A stretch of DNA of 64,000 nucleotides from assembly GCA_965262715.1 (NCBI GenBank), contig OZ253553.1, positions 1,065,169 to 1,129,168 of the forward strand. Reading direction: 5' to 3'. The notes beneath the pieces are model-generated. The model was not told where the DNA came from. It saw nothing but the letters and a program-made list of their open reading frames with translations, and ran no database searches. The position numbers and the translations under genes are program-made. Below are positions 18,915-27,317 of this stretch, piece by piece. Origin of the DNA: Bdellovibrionales bacterium. Its GTDB lineage: Bacteria; Bdellovibrionota; Bdellovibrionia; Bdellovibrionales; JAUICD01. The number at the start of each line of letters is the position of its first letter. Position 1 is the first letter of the stretch.

Positions 18915-19604
18915 TTGATAGGCAAATTTGATAAGGAGGAATTTCTCATTTTTCAAGATATAGATTTAACTGATATTAAAGGTGTACTGGTTGATATTGA
19001 TAATACGCTTTATGATTATAAACCAGCATATAAAAAAGCCTTAGAAAAGTGTTATGAATTTTTTATAAGGGAATTTCAAATCTCTTTTTCTTTTAAAGAG
19101 TTTTCTGAAGAATACACAGAGAAAAGAAGAGAAGTGACAGAGAGATTAAAACCACAAGGGGCATGTCGGTCAAGGTTTTTTGCATTTCAAAGTTTATTTG
19201 AAGATATAAATATCCCTCAAGCTTTTAATAAAGCCTTAGAATATGAGAAGCTTTACTGGGAAAGCTTTATGAAACATATAGCACTTTTTGAAGATGCCTT
19301 ATATTTTTTAAAAAAATGCAAAGAAAAAACCTTATTGGTTTGTGCCATCAGTGATATGCAAGCTTATTTTCAGGTAAGAAAACTACAAATATTAGAAGTC
19401 GATCATTTAATTGACTATTTAGTAACATCTGAAGAGGTGGGATGTGAAAAGCCTGCACCAGTGATTTTTGAAACAGCTTTAAAAAAAATGAATCTAAAGG
19501 CATCTCAAGTTATTATGATTGGTGATGATGAAAAAAAAGACATTCAAGGAGCTAAATCAGTTGGTATAAAATACACATACTGCCTTTCAAGTGACCCAAC
19601 TTGA
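18915..19604 (+). CDS. HAD-superfamily hydrolase
   Basis: TTG-start 229-aa ORF; HAD motif I VLVDIDNTLYDY, motif III-IV EKPAP...IMIGDDEKKDIQGA. Confidence 0.8.
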   Translation: MIGKFDKEEFLIFQDIDLTDIKGVLVDIDNTLYDYKPAYKKALEKCYEFFIREFQISFSFKEFSEEYTEKRREVTERLKPQGACRSRFFAFQSLFEDINIPQAFNKALEYEKLYWESFMKHIALFEDALYFLKKCKEKTLLVCAISDMQAYFQVRKLQILEVDHLIDYLVTSEEVGCEKPAPVIFETALKKMNLKASQVIMIGDDEKKDIQGAKSVGIKYTYCLSSDPT

Positions 19605-19649
19605 CAAGACTACTTATTATAATTTTTGTAGCAAACACCTTACAAATTT

Positions 19650-20366
19650 TTAACACTCTGATACAATATAAACAACACCACCCATACCATAAGTAAAAAT
19701 TTGTCTAACTTTGTAGGGGCCTTGACCTTTTCCTTCAGAGATAAATTCATTAAAAGCACGTCGTACACCTCTATCTTCGCGCCCTTTGTAAGAAAAATAA
19801 TCATCAAGCACAATAAATGTACCTGTCTGTATTATTGATCTACAAAATGAGAGAGCTTGACTTGCACTTATAAAAGTATCGCTATCAATAAAAATGATTC
19901 TAGCTTTTTCAACTTGCATCTTTTGTGGCCCATCTTTTAAAGATTCATTGAAAAATCCAGGAACCAATTGAAATACCACATTACCAGCTACTCGCTTAAC
20001 TCTTTGTTTTACTTTTGATAAACTTGCTGGAAAGTGATCGTCTTTATAGAAAGGATGTTTATCCTCTTCCTCAAGCATACCAAAGCCGGCAAAAGAATCA
20101 AAGCCATAAAATTTTGTATTTGATATATTGGGATTGAACTTAATAAGTTGCTTAAAACAACGGATAGAGTGACAAAAGGAACTACCTGTAAAAACTCCAA
20201 ACTCAAGATAATCTCCCTGAATATCTTCTATTGTAGAAAGATAATGCACTTTCTTGAGAGCATAATACTTTTCTAAATTGTGTATAATAGCAGGGTTTAA
20301 CCATGCAATGAAGGCAGAGGCCCAATTTTGTAAAAATTCTAATTTTGTTAGAAATCCAAAGCTCAC
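19650..20366 (-). CDS. TylF/MycF-type class I SAM-dependent O-methyltransferase
   Basis: 238-aa ORF; GDYLEFGVFTGSSF, IIFIDSDTFISASQAL, GTFIVLDDY are typical of macrocin-O-methyltransferase-like enzymes. Confidence 0.75.
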   Translation of the reverse strand: MSFGFLTKLEFLQNWASAFIAWLNPAIIHNLEKYYALKKVHYLSTIEDIQGDYLEFGVFTGSSFCHSIRCFKQLIKFNPNISNTKFYGFDSFAGFGMLEEEDKHPFYKDDHFPASLSKVKQRVKRVAGNVVFQLVPGFFNESLKDGPQKMQVEKARIIFIDSDTFISASQALSFCRSIIQTGTFIVLDDYFSYKGREDRGVRRAFNEFISEGKGQGPYKVRQIFTYGMGGVVYIVSEC

Positions 20367-20580
20367 TATTAACTACCTTTTTTGACAAATTTTTATATAT
20401 CAAGACCTCATAACCAATAATATATAATCAAGATTATCACTTGAATATTTATTTTGCTATTTAAAATAAAACTCTGTTTGAATTTTAACGAGTAAGAACT
20501 TGAGAGTTCATTTAATTTTATATAAAAAAGATATCAAGAGATTTTTATCCTAAACTATTGGTATTTAGAAAAGCATCACA

Positions 20581-20688
20581 AAAATGAGTTTAGAGGCATC
20601 TCAAATCATTGTGGTGATTAATAATGAAGAAAAAGATATTAAAAGAGTTAAATCAGTTGGCACAAAGTACTTACACTACCTTTTATAA
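20581..20688 (+). pseudogene. degenerate duplicate of the HAD hydrolase 3' end
   Basis: KMSLEASQIIVVINNEEKDIKRVKSVGTKYLHYLL* aligns with KMNLKASQVIMIGDDEKKDIQGAKSVGIKYTYCLS of 18915..19604; the catalytic GDD is replaced by INN. Confidence 0.7.
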
Positions 20689-20794
20689 GTTTGATTTTTG
20701 CTAAACTTTTGGCTGGCAAGTAACTTATTCTATCTCTGTTTTTAGCATGTTAGCTTTTTTATTTTTTAATCAATAGTTGGTTTATACATAGAAT

Positions 20795-21625
20795 ATGTTA
20801 AGTTTGAAGTTAGAGGGGATTAGAAAGATGTTTTTACCAAAGAGCTATACTCCACTACCTCAAGAAACTCTTATAAGAGTTGAAGGAGGCGTAAGACAAG
20901 CAAGACAGTTATTTCTCAAAAATAGGCCTAATAATTTGAGTTTTCTTTTAAAAACTCGTTATCAATGGATGAAGCCTTATCTTGCTGGCAATCATATTTT
21001 TGAATTAGGGTCTGGAGCAGGTTTTAGTAAAATTATTTTAGATGATTCTAGAATTACTTTAACAGATGTTGAAGAATATGAATGGATTGACCAAAAAATA
21101 GATGCTTTAACCCTTCCATTTGAGCCTAATAGTGTTGATGTATTTATCTGCTCTCACATGATACATCATGTGGCTTATCCTGTCACATTCCTAAAAAATT
21201 TAGCAAAATCTCTTAAACCCAATGGAGTCATTTTAATTAGTGAGGTGAACACATCTTTTATTTTTAAAATCCTTTTAAGGATTATGAAACATGAGGGATG
21301 GAATTACAATATTGATGTTTTTGATACAAGCCGTCCAACTAATAATCCTGATGACCCTTGGTCTGCAAATTGCGCAATTCCTGAGCTCTTATGGAGTGAT
21401 GAAAATAATTTTGAGAACGAGATTAAAGAGCTTAAAATTGAAAAAAATGAGTTATGTGAATTTATGATTTTTCCTTTGTCTGGAGGAGTTACCGGTAAGA
21501 TGAAAACTATAAACCTTCCAATAAGTGTGCTAAAAGTTTTACATAATATAGATAATATTCTTATCAAGTTTTTTCCTAAAATATTTGCTTTAGGGAGAAG
21601 AGTTGTGCTTAGGAAAGTGTTATAA
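20795..21625 (+). CDS. class I SAM-dependent methyltransferase
   Basis: 276-aa ORF; motif I ELGSGAGFS, then DVFICSHMIHHV and LKPNGVILISE. Confidence 0.8.
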   Translation: MLSLKLEGIRKMFLPKSYTPLPQETLIRVEGGVRQARQLFLKNRPNNLSFLLKTRYQWMKPYLAGNHIFELGSGAGFSKIILDDSRITLTDVEEYEWIDQKIDALTLPFEPNSVDVFICSHMIHHVAYPVTFLKNLAKSLKPNGVILISEVNTSFIFKILLRIMKHEGWNYNIDVFDTSRPTNNPDDPWSANCAIPELLWSDENNFENEIKELKIEKNELCEFMIFPLSGGVTGKMKTINLPISVLKVLHNIDNILIKFFPKIFALGRRVVLRKVL

Positions 21626-21628
21626 ATA

Positions 21629-23737
21629 ATGAACTTTGAAAAGGTAAAATCATATCATATTTTGTTTTTTGCAATACTCTTTGTAAAAATAGTGCTCGGA
21701 TCAGTTTTGGCTTCAAAAGTCTTAACTGATCTTTTTATCCCCTTCCTTGATTACTTTGTAGAAACTTTCTCTAACCCCTATGATAAATTCCTCAATATAG
21801 GCCCAAAAGATCATTTTCCATATCCAACACTCATGCTCTATATTATGTCCCTTCCTAAAATACTGTTTGGATGGATAGCACCAGAAAATCCTTTTTTTAA
21901 ATTATTCCTCTATCGCCTTCCTCTGCTGATGGCTGATATTGCTATTTTTTTAATTCTTAAAGAATGGCTCAAAGGGCAACTGACATCAAGGCTTATATGG
22001 CTCTACTGGTTATCACCAGTTCTTATTTATATTAGCTATATTCATGGTCAGTTAGATGTGATCCCTATCGCCCTACTTTTTATGAGTTTGTACTTTTTGT
22101 TTAAAGATAGAATTCCAAGTTTTAAAAAAATAAATCTATCAGCCCTCTTATTAGGATTTTCCTTAGCTACAAAAACACATATTGCTCTCGTCTATCCTTT
22201 CTTCTTCCTGTTCCTTATATCTAAAGGAGTACCTTTAAAACATTTGATTGTCTTTGCAGCTGTATCTTTCGGTACGTTTTTTATAGTGAATGCTCCTTAT
22301 ATTTTTGATCCCTCTTTTATTGAAATGGTTTTTCAAAATAGAGGGCAAGAAAAACTCTTTAATGCAATCTTCCAATTAGATGGTCTGCCCATTTATATCA
22401 TCCCCTGTTTAATGCTTCTTTTGTTTATAAGAGGGATATGGATTAAAAGCTATAATCGAGATATCTTTATGATGTTTCTTGGCTTTAACTTTAGTCTTGT
22501 TCTACTATTTATCCCACCTATGCCCGGATGGTATTTTTGGCTGATACCCTTTTTAGCCTATTTTTATATTAGAGCTGAAAATGAAGCCTCACATCTACTC
22601 TTTTTTGGACTACAAGGATTCTATATCCTCTATTTTATGGTTTCAAAAAATGCTGACTATTTAGAAGTTTTTCAGCTTATATCACCAGAAATCATGACAG
22701 AACCAACATTTTATACTCTTCTCTCAAATGTAGGCATTAATTCCAATGCAGTTGTAGGAGTAGTCTTCACAGGCCTACAAACGATACTCTTAATCAACTG
22801 TGTTTTTATTTATAGAAAAGGTTTAGATAGTTATACAAAGCATAAGCTCACTTCTTCACCCTTTCTTGTAGGGATAGGGGGTGACTCGGCTGTAGGAAAA
22901 TCTACACTTGCTGATACCCTTTTAAATATATTCACTCCCTTAAATGCTACAGTCTTAAGAGGGGATGATATGCATAAATGGCAAAGAGGAGATGAAAAAT
23001 GGAATGAATTCACTCACTTAAACCCAAAAGCCAATCAATTACATAAAGAAATCCATTTTTTAAAAAAGCTAAAAGCCGGGCATAAAATCAGTCGAAGGAA
23101 ATATGACCACAATACCGGTCAGTTTACAAAAGAAGCCACTATATCACCTAAAAACTTAACCGTGTTTGAAGGACTCCATCCATTTTATCTCACATCACAA
23201 GCTCGACTGTATGATCTTAAAATATTTGTAAAACCTACAACTGATCTTGTTCATCACTGGAAAATTGTTCGAGATAGACAAGAGAGAGGCTATTCAAAAG
23301 AAAAAATTCTGCAGTCTTTGAAACAAAGAGAACATGATTCTAAAAAATATATACAAACTCAAATAGATAAAGCAGATATTGTGATCGAACCTATACCTGT
23401 AGAAAAAATACAAAATATCGGTGATAAAGAGGAAAAACTTGATGTATATTATAAAATATTGTTATCAAATGATGTGTATATAGAACCTATTATTGAAGCA
23501 CTACAAAATATTGAAACTCTACATATAACACATGAATACACTGAAGAAGCCTATCAATCTGTTATTTTAAAAGGCCACTGCCCTCTAAAAGAAATTAAAA
23601 AAATAGGAAGCCATTACATTAAAGGACTAGAAGGATTAGGGCTGACAATTCCAAGTGAATTGAAAGATTCTTTTGGAGTTTTAATGCTTCTTGTCACCTA
23701 TTATATTTTTGAAAAGGCCGATAATGAAAAAGAATAA
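21629..23737 (+). CDS. fusion protein: N-terminal GT-C/DUF2029-like polytopic membrane domain + C-terminal uridine kinase/phosphoribulokinase-like P-loop domain
   Basis: 702-aa ORF. About 400 aa of hydrophobic helices, then VGIGGDSAVGKSTLADTL (P-loop), LRGDDMHKW, FEGLHPFY, HWKIVRDRQERGYS, typical of the PRK/UDK family. Confidence 0.7.
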   Translation: MNFEKVKSYHILFFAILFVKIVLGSVLASKVLTDLFIPFLDYFVETFSNPYDKFLNIGPKDHFPYPTLMLYIMSLPKILFGWIAPENPFFKLFLYRLPLLMADIAIFLILKEWLKGQLTSRLIWLYWLSPVLIYISYIHGQLDVIPIALLFMSLYFLFKDRIPSFKKINLSALLLGFSLATKTHIALVYPFFFLFLISKGVPLKHLIVFAAVSFGTFFIVNAPYIFDPSFIEMVFQNRGQEKLFNAIFQLDGLPIYIIPCLMLLLFIRGIWIKSYNRDIFMMFLGFNFSLVLLFIPPMPGWYFWLIPFLAYFYIRAENEASHLLFFGLQGFYILYFMVSKNADYLEVFQLISPEIMTEPTFYTLLSNVGINSNAVVGVVFTGLQTILLINCVFIYRKGLDSYTKHKLTSSPFLVGIGGDSAVGKSTLADTLLNIFTPLNATVLRGDDMHKWQRGDEKWNEFTHLNPKANQLHKEIHFLKKLKAGHKISRRKYDHNTGQFTKEATISPKNLTVFEGLHPFYLTSQARLYDLKIFVKPTTDLVHHWKIVRDRQERGYSKEKILQSLKQREHDSKKYIQTQIDKADIVIEPIPVEKIQNIGDKEEKLDVYYKILLSNDVYIEPIIEALQNIETLHITHEYTEEAYQSVILKGHCPLKEIKKIGSHYIKGLEGLGLTIPSELKDSFGVLMLLVTYYIFEKADNEKE

Positions 23738-24608
23738 AATAAAAGAGTTAGCGTTTATGTCAAGAGATATAGGATATGACCCTGCATGTACACAAGGAGG
23801 AGGAGGAAATACATCTGTTAAATTAGACGAGGAGCAAATGGCTATAAAATCCTCTGGAAAAGCTTTAAAAGAAATGACAGAAAATGATGGATATAGCATC
23901 GTCAATTATAAAAAAATAAGAGATTACCTCTACTTATCAGATCAAAATGAACATACCTTCTTACAAGAATTAAAGTCATGTACTGTTGAAGGCTACACTC
24001 GTCCGTCTATGGAAACAGGATTTCATGCCTTACTAGGAGATTATGTCATTCATACTCACTCAGTTTATGCAAATCTATTAACTTGCTGTGAGGAAGGTAA
24101 AGATATAGCCTCTAAGCTTTTTAAAAAAGCCTTCTGGTTGGATTATGTCACGCCAGGTTATGAATTAACACTAGCTATAAAAAAGATTGCTCAAAAAAAT
24201 AGATGGGATGAAGGAATTATTTTTTTAAAAAACCATGGTATCATCGTCGCAGCCCAAACAGCTCAAAGTGTTTTAAATCTTCATAAAGATATTCATACAA
24301 AAATACAAAGTTATTTCAATTTATCTACTAATGCTTTTGAATTTGAAGATACAAAAGATGCTCCTGATTTTGCAAAAAACTGTATGTTATTTCCAGATCA
24401 AGTTGTATATACCTTAAGTGATGCGGAAAATCTCGAAACAACCTCTGCACAAGAAGTATCAGCCGCATATAACTTTGTTTTACAAATATTAAAAGAAAAA
24501 GGATTAACTCCTAGCTTTTTATCAAAAGAAAATATTGAAGTTCTTCTAAATATGGAAAGTGAAAAATATAGGCAAAAAAATCAACCTTATTACATCGAAA
24601 TAAATTAA
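23724..24608 (+). CDS. class II aldolase/adducin-domain protein
   Basis: ORF track frame 23691..24608; likely start MKKNKIKE at 23724. Motifs GGGGNTSVKL, MAIKSSGKAL and HTHSVYAN resemble the aldolase domain of rhamnulose-1-P aldolase-like proteins. Confidence 0.65.
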   Translation: MKKNKIKELAFMSRDIGYDPACTQGGGGNTSVKLDEEQMAIKSSGKALKEMTENDGYSIVNYKKIRDYLYLSDQNEHTFLQELKSCTVEGYTRPSMETGFHALLGDYVIHTHSVYANLLTCCEEGKDIASKLFKKAFWLDYVTPGYELTLAIKKIAQKNRWDEGIIFLKNHGIIVAAQTAQSVLNLHKDIHTKIQSYFNLSTNAFEFEDTKDAPDFAKNCMLFPDQVVYTLSDAENLETTSAQEVSAAYNFVLQILKEKGLTPSFLSKENIEVLLNMESEKYRQKNQPYYIEIN

Positions 24609-24646
24609 TTTACCCCATGTAAAAGTTTCTAATAAGCTTTATTTTT

Positions 24647-24702
24647 TCTGTGATCCAGTAATCGGGCAATCTGAAAACAATACCCGGAATCTGACACCAA
24701 AC
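24647..24702 (-). repeat. GC-rich dispersed intergenic repeat, copy B
   Basis: Reverse complement CAGATTCCGGGTATTGTTTTCAGATTGCCCGATTACTGG resembles the CCGGAATGCCAGATTGCCGG core of copy D. Confidence 0.4.
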
Positions 24703-24755
24703 ATAAAAAACTAATTCTCATTTTTGTAACTATTCCAGGAATTAAACTTCCATTA

Positions 24756-24806
24756 TCATGAAGGAGCAATATATTTGATTCTCTCTTTTAGTGCCTGTTC
24801 ATTCAT
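24756..24806 (-). pseudogene. 16-codon stub of an AbiEii/AbiGii-type nucleotidyltransferase toxin gene
   Basis: An ATGA start/stop overlap with abiEi is followed by MNEQALKERIKYIAPS*. This looks like the usual AbiEii N-terminus; the rest of the gene is absent and replaced by repeat copy B. Confidence 0.5.
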
Positions 24807-25393
24807 GTTGTTGCCGTTAGTACATAGGGGGTAATGTTGAACTTTCGTTTTTTTGCATAGACTTGTAGTTTTCTAATATCTAGTTTGTTTCCACTAGAAC
24901 CTCTAAGCCCCGCCTTCAATGCCTTAATAGCCACCTCAATGCTTAGATAACGAAAAGCATCAACAATTGTCCTTTCAGGATCAAAGATCGATATCTTCTC
25001 ACTTCCTATTTTTATTTCTGTTCTACCAAGCTCAATATCGCGAGTGCGTAGAAACTTTACCTTTGAACGCTTCGGAGCAGTCGTTGCATGAGGTATGGCA
25101 ATCCAATGTACACGAGGAATCTCATCTGTCATATCGTAAATATCCAAAGCAGAAATAAGACAAACTACTCCGTTAGAAACACTCTTTGCTGTTATAAACA
25201 AATCCTCCCATTTAAAATCAACATCCGGTTCAATAGATGGGTTTCTATACACTCCTCTCCCAATTTTTTCGATGAGTCCCCGCTCTATGTAGTAACTAAG
25301 TAGTGCTGGATGTATTCCTATAGCTCGTGCTTCTGATGCACGAAAAAGAGGCTTTTTCAAAAGTTTTTTAAATCTTCTATCTGTGTGTCTCAT
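24803..25393 (-). CDS. AbiEi-family type IV antitoxin/transcriptional regulator
   Basis: 196-aa ORF; LFRASEARAIGIHPALLSYYIERGLIEKIGRGVYR (wHTH), then GVVCLISALDIYDMTDEIP and SIFDPERTIVDAFRY, typical of AbiEi. Confidence 0.75.
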   Translation of the reverse strand: MRHTDRRFKKLLKKPLFRASEARAIGIHPALLSYYIERGLIEKIGRGVYRNPSIEPDVDFKWEDLFITAKSVSNGVVCLISALDIYDMTDEIPRVHWIAIPHATTAPKRSKVKFLRTRDIELGRTEIKIGSEKISIFDPERTIVDAFRYLSIEVAIKALKAGLRGSSGNKLDIRKLQVYAKKRKFNITPYVLTATT

Positions 25394-25404
25394 ATCCTTA
25401 GTTT

Positions 25405-25443
25405 AATAATAAAACCCAGTAAAGTCAACTGGGTTTTATTATT
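25405..25443. promoter_or_regulatory. perfect 15-bp inverted repeat (9-nt spacer) immediately upstream of the abiEi RBS; candidate operator or hairpin
   Basis: AATAATAAAACCCAG-TAAAGTCAA-CTGGGTTTTATTATT; ends 12 bp from the abiEi start codon. Confidence 0.4.
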
Positions 25444-25671
25444 CTTATAAAAGAATAAGCATCTTTTATGGAAAAACCCATAAAAAAGACGTTTTAGAGG
25501 TTTTTTTACAGTTTTTTATCTTCAAGCTTTCGATTTATAATACCCAGTCATAATATTGTAGGATGTAGTATATTAAGACATTAGAAGCCATCTCAAAAAT
25601 GCTACTAGAGATAACAATTTTAGAAAAAATACCAGTTTTGCATTACACAAAACATCCCATGAGATGGCTTC

Positions 25672-25769
25672 TACTCAAAATGAATAGATTTTCTAGGTAC
25701 TGATCCGATGGTTTTTTACCATCAGATCAGTGCCAGAAAGCACGCCAGCGGCGTGGTTCATTTTGAGGA
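25672..25769 (+). ncRNA. solo copy (E5) of the co-varying multi-helix element found in the tRNA-Arg array
   Basis: CTCAAAATGAA..TTTCTAGGTACTGATC-CGATGGTTTTTTACCATCA-GATCAGTGCCAGAAAG-CACGCCAGCGGCGTG-GTTCATTTTGAG; same helix layout as 38487..38598 with different helix sequences. Confidence 0.45.
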
Positions 25770-25969
25770 AGACAACCCTTTTATACAAGAAATTAGAAGC
25801 AATAGGTACAAACGTTTATAGACGAAGATGACCATTGATATACATTGGTAGTTAGATAAAGTTATGAACCACTAGCAATGTTTATCAATTTTTTATTTTT
25901 GAGATCGGTTCTAGTTATGGTTTGATTTTTTAGGATGCATTTTATTATAATAATTTTTAGGAAAACTTA

Positions 25970-26194
25970 ATGAAGATAAAAAAAATAGACTTCACACCCA
26001 ACATGATCATATTAAAAAAAGTCTTATGCAAAAATAAAGAAACATTGGAATTTTACAAGCAACATCAAAAGACCAAAGATATTTTAGAAAAAATAGCTAT
26101 TGCCTTAGACCAGAAAAAAGTATTTAAGACTATTTACTCTTCAACTCAAAATCGTGACATTAATCCTCATACCGTCTGTTCAACAATAAAATAG
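25970..26194 (+). CDS. hypothetical protein
   Basis: 74-aa ORF with no recognisable motifs; coding status uncertain in AT-rich DNA. Confidence 0.35.
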   Translation: MKIKKIDFTPNMIILKKVLCKNKETLEFYKQHQKTKDILEKIAIALDQKKVFKTIYSSTQNRDINPHTVCSTIK

Positions 26195-26230
26195 TGTATA
26201 AAACCATTCAAGATGGGTATAATTTTTTAA

Positions 26231-26851
26231 ATGATATATATTAACCATCGCATTAACAGCATTGAACAACTCAAAACAGTACCACTGCAAAATGGTATCG
26301 AGCTAGATATCCGTTACCACAACAATGACCTTGTACTACATCATGAGCCATTTCACCATCATGAGCATCATCCAGAAAGGTTTGAGGGCCTACTAAAACA
26401 ATGGAACCATAAAGGCTATATTATACTTAATGTAAAGACAGAAGGAATAGAAACAGCTTGTATTAATTTAATGAATACCTACAACATTCAAAACTGGTTT
26501 TTCCTTGATCTGTCCCTACCGTCTCTTGTAAAATATGCTCAGCATGCTGCTAATAATAAAATAGAAGGATTTTCTAAAGAAAATCTAGCCGTGCGTCTCT
26601 CTGAATATGAACCCATCGAACATGCCCTAGCCTTTGCCGGAAAAGCTCAATGGGTCTGGATGGATTGCTTTACCCATTTACCTCTCAATCAAGAGATATA
26701 CAAAAAGTTAAAAGACTCTAGATACAAAATCTGTCTTGCTTCACCAGAGCTTCAAAAACATCCTACAAACCAAATTGAGGTGTTTAAAAATCAAATCAAA
26801 GGATTTGATATTGATGCTGTTTGTACAAAATATCCAGAGTTATGGAGTTGA
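26231..26851 (+). CDS. glycerophosphodiester phosphodiesterase-like (PLC-like TIM barrel) protein
   Basis: 206-aa ORF; the N-terminal INHRINSIEQL...GIELDIRYHNNDLVLHHEP resembles the GDPD/PI-PLC-X catalytic His/Arg...Glu-Asp motif. Confidence 0.5.
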   Translation: MIYINHRINSIEQLKTVPLQNGIELDIRYHNNDLVLHHEPFHHHEHHPERFEGLLKQWNHKGYIILNVKTEGIETACINLMNTYNIQNWFFLDLSLPSLVKYAQHAANNKIEGFSKENLAVRLSEYEPIEHALAFAGKAQWVWMDCFTHLPLNQEIYKKLKDSRYKICLASPELQKHPTNQIEVFKNQIKGFDIDAVCTKYPELWS

Positions 26852-26929
26852 GGTTTTTATAATTAACTCTATAGATTACACACATTTATCAAGGGATATA
26901 GGTAACACATAAATTTAGAGGTTTGTGTG

Positions 26930-27286
26930 TTATTTTTCAGCTTTTTCTTGAAGCTTGCAAATTTCTTGTTTTAAAAGACCTGTGATCTCAGATACCTTTT
27001 CCACACTCATATCAGTCTTAAGTAATTTCAAGGTCATCTCTCTTTGATTTTTTTGCAGTTCTTCTTGTACCTTTTTTTGTACCTCTTCTTGTACTCTTTT
27101 CTGCAGCTCTTCTTGTACTTGTTCCTCTACCTTTTTTCGCACTACACTTGCCATAGTATAATCAAGATCCTCCATAATGTCCTCTTCTCCTAACTCTTTC
27201 TTGACTTCCTCAGAAGCCTTTTTAAATAAATCTTCATCTATTTGTGAGTCATAATTCATAAAATACTGCTTTATGGCTAATAACAC
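26930..27286 (-). CDS. Rpn-family C-terminal-domain-like protein with tandem VQEE(L/V)QK repeats (probable gene fragment)
   Basis: The C-terminus LKLLKTDMSVEKVSEITGLLKQEICKLQEKAEK matches the tail of 33517..34515 (ILKLLKADMSIEKVSEITGLSKQEIRKLQEE); the nuclease core is absent. Confidence 0.5.
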   Translation of the reverse strand: MLLAIKQYFMNYDSQIDEDLFKKASEEVKKELGEEDIMEDLDYTMASVVRKKVEEQVQEELQKRVQEEVQKKVQEELQKNQREMTLKLLKTDMSVEKVSEITGLLKQEICKLQEKAEK

Positions 27287-27317
27287 ATCAATTGAAATTA
27301 AATATTGAAAAAAAGCT

